From Deltaproteobacteria bacterium (lineage in GTDB: Bacteria > Myxococcota > SpSt-1050 > JACRCP01): a stretch of 64,000 nucleotides of DNA. The stretch's first letter is position 1. Every line of letters begins with the position of its first letter. Positions 52,661 to 61,200 of the stretch are shown piece after piece. The notes beneath the pieces are model-generated. The model was not told where the DNA came from. It did not search any database and saw only the letters and a list, made by a program, of their open reading frames with translations. The stretch lies in NCBI GenBank assembly GCA_016218965.1, contig JACRCP010000399.1, positions 4,710-68,709 of the forward strand, written 5' to 3'. The position numbers and the translations under genes were made by a program.

Positions 52661-55009
52661 TCACCAGAAGGTCACGTCGGGGCCGATATCTTCGATCAGG
52701 CACTCGGCCGGGTCGCGGAAATCCAGCGAATACGCGAACCCGACGGGCGCGTATTCGACGGGCAGCGGGTCGGTCCCGTCTCCGAGGTCAATATCGAAGC
52801 CCTCCGCCTCCCAGTTCGCGTGCACGGTGTCGTTCCATTCCGCCGCCGCGCGAAGCCGGGCGAGCATGGCCTGCGGAGTCTCGTCCGGGACGGTCGAATC
52901 GAGGAGGTTCGAGACAATCCTTTTTCGCGCCGCCGTGACGAACGCGGCATCGACCACCGACACGTTTGCCTCGCCCTCGTAGAGCAGTCCCCGGTTGTTC
53001 TTGTTGCACGACCCGACGCTCATGTAGAGGTCGTCGACGATCAGCATCTTCGAGTGGACGTCCATGTCTGCAAACCTCGACTCGGTCTCATCCACCCCCC
53101 ACGTGACCACGGTATCGAACGATCGAAGTTGAAGCATGAGATACCGGTCGGGGAACTCGGAAACGAACTTCAGGTGCGATTCGGCCGTCCAGCGGCACCC
53201 CGGATCGGTCCACTCGGAGACCGGCTTGGTTATCACGATGAGCACAAGACCGGGCACGTCGCGCATCCGGGCGGCCATCTCGTCAAAAAGGAGCGGCGCC
53301 CGAAAATACTGGTCTTCGATGAATATCAACGAGTTGGCGTGCCGCACGGCGCTCACTTGGCTTTCCCAGATGGAGTTTTCGTCAAACGGCGAAGGGAGCG
53401 TGGCGGTCATCTGGACGGCGACACCGCCCGGGGTTTCCGCCGAGGGCGCGGGGACCAGAAAATCCGTGCTGTATTGCGCAAACTCGGCGCCGCTGTCGAG
53501 CAGGTATTTCCAACGGCGGTGAAAGACGTCAATCACGTCGGCCGCGACCGGCCCCTGCATGAACAGCATGTAGTCCTTCCGGGGGCCAAGATCCGGCTCG
53601 CGCGCCTTGTCGATGACCTCCTGCCGCGCGGCGTTGTCCGTCTCGAACTCCATCCGGCGGTGGTCGTAGACGAGATGTGCGATCGAGTCCCAGTCGGTGG
53701 ATTTCACGTTCATCCCGCCCACGAACGCCTCGCGCCCGTCGATGGTCAGGAATTTCTGGTGGAAAGACGCGATCTGGACCGAGAGCCCGCCGGGAAAATC
53801 GGTCATGTCAACCGTATACGGGTCGATCCCGGGTCCCACGGGTTCCTCGGCGTCGAATGAGCGTGAGGCGGCCTGCGCCACGGACTCCTTCACGCGGGCC
53901 GAGAAACGCACCGGCGGCACGGCCACCTCGAACACACCCTCGCTCTCGTTGGCCTGCCCCATGAACTCGAACGAGTCACGCGGGTCTTCGGCCAGGGCCT
54001 TGAGCTCGGGGTCCGCGGTGAGCCACTTGAGCATGCCGTCCTGGCCCCAGAACTGCCCGACCAGGAGCCGGATCCGCGCGGGTATGGACATCAGCACCCA
54101 AAGGATGGTGTTTTCGCGACGTTCGTCCGCCGTCATCTGCGCGTGCGCCGCCCACGGCCTTTCAAGCTCGAAGTCCGACTGCCACCACCACGTCGCGAGC
54201 ATGACTTCTTCGCGGGCCGAAAGGAGGCGCTCGTGGACCCTTTGCCACGCCTCTTCGCCGTCCATGAGGAGCTCGGCCCGGGTGCCTTCACGCGGCGGGC
54301 GACCCGAGGTCGCAAAGTAGTGGTGCTTGAGGCCGACGTACACGGTGTGCGCCCACTTGCGGATGCCGCCCCTGTCCCGCCGGTCGTGGCTCACCGACAG
54401 ACCGAAAGCCGCGGCGCCGGCCGGTGCGGCCGCGTGGAGCGCCGAGGGTGAATCGGCGCCGTCGTACGAGATCTCGATGCTGGCCCCGTCGTGGTGCTCC
54501 GATTCGAGCGTGACCGAGTACTTGCCCGCCGTGACAAGGTCCATCGACGCGATGGGGAATCCCGAAAACGCCTGGGGCGCGCCGTCCGGGCGCGTGACGG
54601 TAAGCTTGCCCGCGGCCAGCGGCCGGGCCCAGATGTCCAGCGCGTAGATCTCGACAGGCGCACCCACTTCGGTCGAGCCGGCGTCCCCGCCTCCGCCGTC
54701 CGTGCCCGCATCCGTCCCCGAATCCCCCGAGATCCCGGAATCAGACGGAGCGTCGGCGCCGTCGCCGGCGTCTTCGGCCGGGACGTCCATCGTCCCCTCG
54801 TCCCTCGTCCCTCCGTCCGGCCCCGGCCCGGCGTCGGCCCCGCCCCCGTCTTGATCTCCAGGATCTTTCCCGGTGTCCTCACCGGGGTCAATAATGTGAA
54901 GACGCACGTCGGACCCCGCCGCGTCTTCGGCGAAATCGCCGCCCGGTTCGTCGGCGCAGGCGAACACCGCCGCCAAAAGCGCCAACATCAAAAGAACCAG
55001 CCTTGACAT
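52661..55009 (-). CDS. secreted phospholipase D-family protein (two HKD motifs), lipoprotein
   Basis: HKD motifs SFHQKFLTIDGREAFVGGMN and VHSKMLIVDDLYMSVGSCNKNNRG. Signal peptide/lipobox LLAAVFAC. Acidic Asp/Gly-rich N-terminal region. The start coordinate may be off by 1 nt (manual reading versus track frame). Confidence 0.8.
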   Translation of the reverse strand: MSRLVLLMLALLAAVFACADEPGGDFAEDAAGSDVRLHIIDPGEDTGKDPGDQDGGGADAGPGPDGGTRDEGTMDVPAEDAGDGADAPSDSGISGDSGTDAGTDGGGGDAGSTEVGAPVEIYALDIWARPLAAGKLTVTRPDGAPQAFSGFPIASMDLVTAGKYSVTLESEHHDGASIEISYDGADSPSALHAAAPAGAAAFGLSVSHDRRDRGGIRKWAHTVYVGLKHHYFATSGRPPREGTRAELLMDGEEAWQRVHERLLSAREEVMLATWWWQSDFELERPWAAHAQMTADERRENTILWVLMSIPARIRLLVGQFWGQDGMLKWLTADPELKALAEDPRDSFEFMGQANESEGVFEVAVPPVRFSARVKESVAQAASRSFDAEEPVGPGIDPYTVDMTDFPGGLSVQIASFHQKFLTIDGREAFVGGMNVKSTDWDSIAHLVYDHRRMEFETDNAARQEVIDKAREPDLGPRKDYMLFMQGPVAADVIDVFHRRWKYLLDSGAEFAQYSTDFLVPAPSAETPGGVAVQMTATLPSPFDENSIWESQVSAVRHANSLIFIEDQYFRAPLLFDEMAARMRDVPGLVLIVITKPVSEWTDPGCRWTAESHLKFVSEFPDRYLMLQLRSFDTVVTWGVDETESRFADMDVHSKMLIVDDLYMSVGSCNKNNRGLLYEGEANVSVVDAAFVTAARKRIVSNLLDSTVPDETPQAMLARLRAAAEWNDTVHANWEAEGFDIDLGDGTDPLPVEYAPVGFAYSLDFRDPAECLIEDIGPDVTFW

Positions 55010-55019
55010 CTCCGCTGCC

Positions 55020-57635
55020 CTACTTGTCCTTGCCGTCCTTGTTGTCCTTTTGGTCCTTTTTCGCCGACTTGCCAAGATTGCCGAACACCTCGGCGATTTT
55101 CGCCTGGGCTTTTTTGACCTTTTCGTCGCTCGACGGCGCCAAGGTCAGCACGGTCCCGGAGCTCACGTGTTCGACTGCCGATTCGCCGAAGATGGCCTTG
55201 CGCTTTGCCGCCCCCTTGTCGGCCTGCCCGGCGTCGCCGTATTCGCAGACCGTAAACCCGGCGCCCCCGGCGGATGCCTGTATGCAAAGCCCCGCCCCGA
55301 CCAGCTTTCCCAAGACCTCGGTCCTGTCCTTGACCTTTAGGCCGGCCTCGTTGAGCTTCTTTAGAAAGCTTTCGGCCGTCAGCGCGCCCTTGGCGCCGCC
55401 GGATTTCACGTTGGAGATCTCGTCGATCCCCGTCTCCTGGATGCCCGTCTTTGAATCGTCGGCAAGGCCAAGCGTCGTGCACCCGCACCCCTTCGATGAC
55501 TCGTCATCCGGCGCGTTGTCGCTTGTCCCCGCATCCGGCGCGGGCCCGGCGTCGGGCGTGCCCGCATCGGGCGCAACCGGTTTCGCGCACACGGCCGCGA
55601 CGCACTCAAGCCCCGCCGCGCAGTCGCCCTCTTCGTAGCAGGTGCCGCCGGCCGACTGCACGCACTTCGACGAGACGCACGTGCGGCCCTCCCTGCAGTC
55701 GGCGTCGGACTCGCAGAACCCGATCCCCAAGGCCATCTTGACCGCAGGGAGCGCGCGCACCTTGCCGGCGCCCCACGTGTAGTTCTGGTCGGTGCCGGTA
55801 AACGAATCGCGCGCGGCCGTCTTCATGATGATCCGCCGCGCCTTTTCGACCGTGAGCTGCGGGTCGGCCTGGAGCATGAGCCCCACGATCCCGTTGACGT
55901 GCGGGCAGGCCATACTGGTCCCCTGCATCATCACGTGCGTCCGGTCGATCTGAGTGCCCGGCGAAAGCACAATCCCGTCGTCTGCGAGCGCGGCCGCTAT
56001 GTACTGTCCGGGCGCCGCGACCTCGGGTTTGAACCCCGTGCGCGCCTCGTCGCCGCTGGGGCCTATGCTCGAAAAGAACGCAATCGCGCCGACCGTCCCG
56101 GGGACGGTCTTAAACTCGCCTTCAATGTCCTTCCATGTGTTCTTGGTCATGTAGGCGGCGACCGAGATGATCCCCGGGGACGTGGCGGGCATCCCGACCG
56201 AGCCCGAATTGTCGCCGGGGACAATCCCCGCTCCCGCCTGGTCCGAAAAATTCGACCCGGGCGCCAAAAACCCCTGGCTTGCCGACCACGCGTCAAAACG
56301 TCCCTTCCCGCGGACCTTGAGGTACCACTGGAAGCCGCCGGCGTTCCCGTAGGCCGTGTCGGGGTTTCCGGTGTTCGGCTCGACGTAGACGTCGATGAGC
56401 ATCTTGCCGTTGGGTTCGTAGATTCCCGACTGGAACCCGACGGTGCCCATCCTCATGTTGTCCTTGACGAGTTCGGTCTCGAACCACGCCTGGCCCCCCT
56501 TGAACCAGTCGGTTTCGATGAGCTCTTCGCCGGCGTCGACGCCGATGCCCACGGCAAACTCGATCTCCGAGGCCGCTTCGGACCATGTGTTGAAGACCGC
56601 CGTGTCCCCGAACTCCCCGGTCCGAACCTCGAGCATCGTCTTCTGTGGGTCCGCGGTCGCCGTATAGCCCAGGTGGATCACGTCCGAACCCTCGTTCCCC
56701 GCCGCCGCGACGATGATGTGCCCCGGTGTTTTTGTGAGCTCCGAGAGGCCGATCTCCTCGCCGCTCGTGCCGTCGTGGGGGCCGTAGTGCCCGCCAAGAC
56801 TCATGTTGATGGTGCAGGGCATCCCGAGTTGATCGGCGCGCGCGAAGACGTACGCCGCGGCGTCGATCAGTCTGTCGAAACGATTGCTCTTGGCCACGAC
56901 GAACGTCGCGCCCGGCGCCATCCCCGGGTACTTGTGGCCGTCCCCGCCCATTGTCCCCGAAACGTGCGTCCCATGCCCGATGATGTCCGGGGCGTTGCAG
57001 GTCGCCTCGTCGAGGGCGGCCCCCGTGCACTCGAGGCCATACCCGTACTCGGGGGGCGGGCTCTCGGCGGGGTCCACGTCCTGGTTCCAGAGGTATTTCA
57101 CGCGGCTGGTCCCGTCGTCGTTTTTCATCTCGGGGTGCGAAAGGTCAAGGCCCGAGTCCACGAGACCCAGGACCACCCCCGAGCCATCGAGGTCCATGGG
57201 AAGGCCCTTCCCGTTCTCCACGTCCAACGCCCCAACCTCGGGGTTGCTGACGTTTAAGCGCAGGAACTTCCCTGGCGGCACCTCGACGAAGCGGACCGAT
57301 GGCTCGTCGAGGAGCGCGACCGCCGACGCAAGCGGCATTGTCACCGAGAGCACGATCCCCGCGCGTGTCCCGACCCTGCCCCCGTTCCGGGCGACGGCAT
57401 CGGCGGCGGCTTCGGGGTCGTGCGTCCGGACCAGAAGCGGCACGGCGGCGGCGGGCTTGTCGGCAAGCCAGCCGGAGATGATCGGCCGGAAACCGGGCGA
57501 AACGAGGTAACCGTGGCGGGCGGCCAAACGCGCGAGCAGGACGTCGGATTTGTGAAGGGCGGGTTCGGCGGCCGTGGCCGCGACAGCGGTCAGGACGGTC
57601 GCGGCCGCAAAAAGAACGCACGCGGCGGTTCGCAT
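55020..57635 (-). CDS. secreted S8-family (subtilisin-like) serine peptidase with C-terminal Cys-rich repeats and Lys-rich tail
   Basis: Catalytic triad contexts DSGLDLSHPE, HGTHVSGTMGG, GTSMACPHVNGIVG. Signal peptide MRTAACVLFAAATVLTAVAATAA. GGAGGAG RBS. Confidence 0.85.
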   Translation of the reverse strand: MRTAACVLFAAATVLTAVAATAAEPALHKSDVLLARLAARHGYLVSPGFRPIISGWLADKPAAAVPLLVRTHDPEAAADAVARNGGRVGTRAGIVLSVTMPLASAVALLDEPSVRFVEVPPGKFLRLNVSNPEVGALDVENGKGLPMDLDGSGVVLGLVDSGLDLSHPEMKNDDGTSRVKYLWNQDVDPAESPPPEYGYGLECTGAALDEATCNAPDIIGHGTHVSGTMGGDGHKYPGMAPGATFVVAKSNRFDRLIDAAAYVFARADQLGMPCTINMSLGGHYGPHDGTSGEEIGLSELTKTPGHIIVAAAGNEGSDVIHLGYTATADPQKTMLEVRTGEFGDTAVFNTWSEAASEIEFAVGIGVDAGEELIETDWFKGGQAWFETELVKDNMRMGTVGFQSGIYEPNGKMLIDVYVEPNTGNPDTAYGNAGGFQWYLKVRGKGRFDAWSASQGFLAPGSNFSDQAGAGIVPGDNSGSVGMPATSPGIISVAAYMTKNTWKDIEGEFKTVPGTVGAIAFFSSIGPSGDEARTGFKPEVAAPGQYIAAALADDGIVLSPGTQIDRTHVMMQGTSMACPHVNGIVGLMLQADPQLTVEKARRIIMKTAARDSFTGTDQNYTWGAGKVRALPAVKMALGIGFCESDADCREGRTCVSSKCVQSAGGTCYEEGDCAAGLECVAAVCAKPVAPDAGTPDAGPAPDAGTSDNAPDDESSKGCGCTTLGLADDSKTGIQETGIDEISNVKSGGAKGALTAESFLKKLNEAGLKVKDRTEVLGKLVGAGLCIQASAGGAGFTVCEYGDAGQADKGAAKRKAIFGESAVEHVSSGTVLTLAPSSDEKVKKAQAKIAEVFGNLGKSAKKDQKDNKDGKDK

Positions 57636-57940
57636 TCGCACAACTCCTCCGTCGTGATGAGGTCGTACTCGCGCTCGCCCAGATAGACCGTCCACCGGGC
57701 GGCGATGCTGTCGTACCTGAAGTGCAGCGCCACCCCCCCGCCCCGGAGGCGTTCGACCGTGTACGTCCCCGCCCCTTGGTCACACGCGTTCAACGCCCGC
57801 CGGACCGCGGCTAGGTGCCGCGCGAGTTTCAGCGCCCGGTGCGATCGCGGGTCGGCAAAATCGAAGAAGGCGCGGTTCCGGCTCCAGTCGCCAAGCGACA
57901 GGTACAAGCCCTTCACCCTGTCGTACGTACGCGTGTCCAT
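57590..57940 (-). CDS. hypothetical protein (overlaps S8 peptidase start by ~46 nt)
   Basis: ORF with protein-like composition and high GC3. No homology recognised. Confidence 0.3.
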   Translation of the reverse strand: MDTRTYDRVKGLYLSLGDWSRNRAFFDFADPRSHRALKLARHLAAVRRALNACDQGAGTYTVERLRGGGVALHFRYDSIAARWTVYLGEREYDLITTEELCECEPPRAFFLRPRPS

Positions 57941-58079
57941 GACCGCCTCCGGAACCATTTGGAAGTGTACCGGACGGAAATGTCATGTGCAACGCAAAAC
58001 AAAAGAAATACGTTTGCCAACGGGGGTGCCCCTTGTGATATAGTGCACCAAAAGGTCGACCCACACGGAGGGCAAAGCG

Positions 58080-59630
58080 ATGAAGTCAAGGACGGTGCTG
58101 TTCGCTTGGTGTCTGGTGACCGCGGGTCTTTTTGTGTTCGCGTGGTCCGGCTGCGACACGGCCTCGGCCCCCGGCGGCGAGGAAGGTGATTCCGGCACGC
58201 CCGGGAACGGGGACGGCGGCGGGGGAACCGACGAAGACGGAGGCGGAGGCGGCGCCGACGGCGCCGCTGGCGACACCGGCGGCGAAGAGCCGGAGTGTCT
58301 TGAGGACCGCGACTGCACAGGGGACGGGAAGAACGTCTGCGACACCGGGAGCGGGAAGTGCGTCGAGTGCCTCGAGGACGGCGACTGCGCGGCCGGGACG
58401 TGCCAGGACAAGGTGTGCGTGGCGCAGGGGTGTGCGGACAGCAGCCAGTGCGAAAAAGGCAGCAAGTGCAAGGACGGCGGATGCGTCCCGGGTTGCGATA
58501 GCGCCGACCAGTGCCCGCCCGCCGACAACGCCGCGGCGGTGAAGTGCAAGCCAGACATCGGCTCGGACGGCAAGTGCGTCGAATGCACCGAAAAGGCAGA
58601 CTGCGCCTGCGCCTACGCCGACTGCGACGTCAACACGTGGACATGCAAGGCCACCGGCTGCTGTGCCGACGGCGACTGCACCGACGTCGCGACGCCACGC
58701 TGCGATCTCTCCGACGGCAACTGCTACCAGTGCGTCGAGGACGGCCACTGCGACGCCAACTTCGAGTGCAAAAACCACCTCTGCCAGCCCAAGCCGACCG
58801 GCGACTGCACAATAGATGGTTGCACCAACCAGAACCAGGGCTGCGACCCGGGGACGAAGAAGTGCTACACCAAGTGCATGTACGGCATCTGCCTGCAGGG
58901 GGCGTGCGACACGAACCTCGGTCTCTGCTTCGACTGCGCCCAGAACACCGACTGCAACGGCCAGATCTGCGACACGACCTTGCACGAGTGCACCGCCTGC
59001 ACCGACACCGCGCAGTGCGGTGGGACGCTCAAGTGCGACGCGAGCTCGGGCAACTGCGTCGAGTGCATGCAGAAGACCGACTGCACAGATCCGGCCCGCC
59101 CCGCCTGCAACTCGGACGGCAAGTGCGTCGCCTGTGCGACCGACGGCGACTGCACCTCGCCGGAGAAGTGCGACCCCGTGTACTTCAAGTGCACCGACAC
59201 GACCGGGATCGTCCCTTGCAAATCCTGCGCGACCGACGCCGAATGCGGCTCGGGCAAGTTCTGCATCACAAACAAGCAGGGCAACAAGGTCCTCGAGCAC
59301 GTCTGCGCCTGGGGGTGCGGAAGCGACGCCGAGTGCGAGAAGGGGTTCTCGTGCCAGGACGTGGGCGACCCGGTCCACAAGGTCTGCTACCCCGGCTACG
59401 GCAACATCATGTACACGGCGACCTGCGCGGGCTCGAACAGCATCGGGACGATGGGGTGCAACGACCAGACCAACCCGTGCACGGCCACCGGCGCCGACCC
59501 CAAGGACGCCGAGTGCTTCGCGTACCAGGGCTACTCGATCTGCACCGTGCCGTGCCAGGACGACCTTGATTGTCCCGGCGAGAACAAGTGCCGCTCGTTC
59601 CAGGCCTTAAGCTTCTGCTCGCCGTTTTAG
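58080..59630 (+). CDS. Cys-rich repeat lipoprotein (about 70 Cys; repeated C-x-x-C/ DGDC / KCV(E)C modules)
   Basis: Lipoprotein signal LFVFAWSGC|D. Gly/Asp-rich linker. More than 12 repeats of D-x-D-C-...-G-K-C-V-x-C type. Confidence 0.7.
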   Translation: MKSRTVLFAWCLVTAGLFVFAWSGCDTASAPGGEEGDSGTPGNGDGGGGTDEDGGGGGADGAAGDTGGEEPECLEDRDCTGDGKNVCDTGSGKCVECLEDGDCAAGTCQDKVCVAQGCADSSQCEKGSKCKDGGCVPGCDSADQCPPADNAAAVKCKPDIGSDGKCVECTEKADCACAYADCDVNTWTCKATGCCADGDCTDVATPRCDLSDGNCYQCVEDGHCDANFECKNHLCQPKPTGDCTIDGCTNQNQGCDPGTKKCYTKCMYGICLQGACDTNLGLCFDCAQNTDCNGQICDTTLHECTACTDTAQCGGTLKCDASSGNCVECMQKTDCTDPARPACNSDGKCVACATDGDCTSPEKCDPVYFKCTDTTGIVPCKSCATDAECGSGKFCITNKQGNKVLEHVCAWGCGSDAECEKGFSCQDVGDPVHKVCYPGYGNIMYTATCAGSNSIGTMGCNDQTNPCTATGADPKDAECFAYQGYSICTVPCQDDLDCPGENKCRSFQALSFCSPF

Positions 59631-59789
59631 AAAGCGTCGGGGGCTTCCACGAGCATCCCCGCGCGCCTGGATGCGGGCGGCGCGGCGGTTTTTCCCGGAC
59701 CGCCGGATATCCGAGGGTGGGCCGGCCCTCCGGGGCGGGGAATCCGCGGCAATTCCGCGGGCATGCGCGGGCATGGCGAGCTTGCGTGG

Positions 59790-59805
59790 TGGCACCGGGG
59801 TTGCT
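59790..59805 (+). promoter_or_regulatory. sigma-54 (-24/-12) promoter TGGCAC-N5-TTGCT
   Basis: Exact consensus tggcaccggggttgct, 15 nt upstream of the GTG start of the 59820 gene. Confidence 0.4.
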
Positions 59806-59819
59806 AGTATCGGGGTGAC

Positions 59820-61196
59820 GTGAGAAACCGGGGTTTCATCGCAACGGCGGTCCTGTTCATCGTGGCCGGCATTTCGTGCGGGGGCGGGCAGCGGATTGAG
59901 ATCGGGTCCATCTACGAGATGGTCGCGGCCCCCGTCGACCGGGTCGAGATTACCTCACCGATACTCACGGGGGAGGCGGCGCGGCTCACCGTCAAAGGGA
60001 TTTTTGAAGACGCCTGCACGGTGCTCGATCGTTACATCACCGCAATCGAAGGCGGCACCGTGGACATCACCGTGTACGCCAAAAGAAGCATCTCGGGGTG
60101 CGATGCGGCGCCGACCCCGTTCGAGGGCAACTACTACTTAAGCGGGCTCGCGTCGGGCGTTTACACGGTCAGGGTGAACGACGACGACACGCTCACGGTG
60201 GAGCTGGCCGTCGTTCAGAGCAGCGGCGCCGACCCCGTCGGCACCGAGTGCGAAGAGACCCGCCTCGGGTTCGACCCCGAAAGCGTCGTGTTTCCGGATA
60301 CGGTGATGGAAGGACAGGACCTCACCATCTCGGTCAACGCGCTGGCGCCCGACACGTGCACGACGTTTTCGGGGATCGACGCTGCGGTCGAAGGGACCGG
60401 GATCGTGCTTTCCATCAACGGCCAAAGCTGCCGGCTCGCGAGCGCGTGTCAGGAGATCCTCCAGTATGTCCCGGTCGAACAGCGAATCTTAGGGCTTGCC
60501 CGGGGGGTCTACGCCGTGTTCATCAACGGCACAAACGTCGGGGTCGTGAGGGTTCTTGAGGTCTCGCAGTGCGCCGTTTCGCTTGCCCCGGTGGCGGCCG
60601 TCGGCGCACCGGCATCGATCCGCGAGGGCGAAAGCTGCGTCGTGACCGTCTCGGGGTCCATGCCCGAAAACTTTTCGCTTGCTCCTTTCGCCGAGGCGCG
60701 CACCGAAGGGGCGGTCGCCATCACGCTCGAGATGTACGGCTGCGCCGAGGACCCCTCCGGGAACACCCCGTTCGAAACGTCATATGGCCTTTCGGGCCTT
60801 GCCGCCGGGACGTGGGTGATTGGCGTCAACGACATGGCGTCGGCCGCCGTTGCCGTGCTTCCCGCGTGCGAGCGAAGGTTCGCCTCGATCGAGTTTGCCG
60901 ACATCTACTCTTCGCTGTGGGAGTCGGGGAACGGGCAGGAGGTCCCCGTCGGGACTCCGATCGACGCGGTCGTCGGCGGGACCTTCCCGAACGGCTGCTT
61001 TGGCTTCGACGGGTTCGAGTATGTGCTGGAGGGCACGACCATCGCCCTCAACGCAATGGCGCTTTACTGCTCGGGGGTGTGCGGCGACAAGCCCGTGGAC
61101 TTCCGCGAAACCTACACCATTCTGGGCCTCGGCCCCGGACACTACACCATCACGATCAACACGGCCTGGACGTTCGAATTCGACGTGGTGGAATAA
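59820..61196 (+). CDS. lipoprotein with four tandem ~100-aa repeats
   Basis: Lipobox VAGISC|GG. Four repeats each ending in a G(L/I)xxGxY/W(T/V)(V/I)x(V/I)N-like strand, with conserved Cys pairs. Confidence 0.6.
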   Translation: MRNRGFIATAVLFIVAGISCGGGQRIEIGSIYEMVAAPVDRVEITSPILTGEAARLTVKGIFEDACTVLDRYITAIEGGTVDITVYAKRSISGCDAAPTPFEGNYYLSGLASGVYTVRVNDDDTLTVELAVVQSSGADPVGTECEETRLGFDPESVVFPDTVMEGQDLTISVNALAPDTCTTFSGIDAAVEGTGIVLSINGQSCRLASACQEILQYVPVEQRILGLARGVYAVFINGTNVGVVRVLEVSQCAVSLAPVAAVGAPASIREGESCVVTVSGSMPENFSLAPFAEARTEGAVAITLEMYGCAEDPSGNTPFETSYGLSGLAAGTWVIGVNDMASAAVAVLPACERRFASIEFADIYSSLWESGNGQEVPVGTPIDAVVGGTFPNGCFGFDGFEYVLEGTTIALNAMALYCSGVCGDKPVDFRETYTILGLGPGHYTITINTAWTFEFDVVE

Positions 61197-61200
61197 ACGA

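Noticed and set aside
52820-53860. 346-aa plus ORF
   Set aside because: Antisense to the phospholipase D gene.
55899-57257. 452-aa plus ORF
   Set aside because: Antisense to the S8 peptidase.
58086-59610. 430-aa minus and two ~300-aa plus ORFs
   Set aside because: Alternate frames of the Cys-rich lipoprotein gene. Ala/Arg/Thr-rich.
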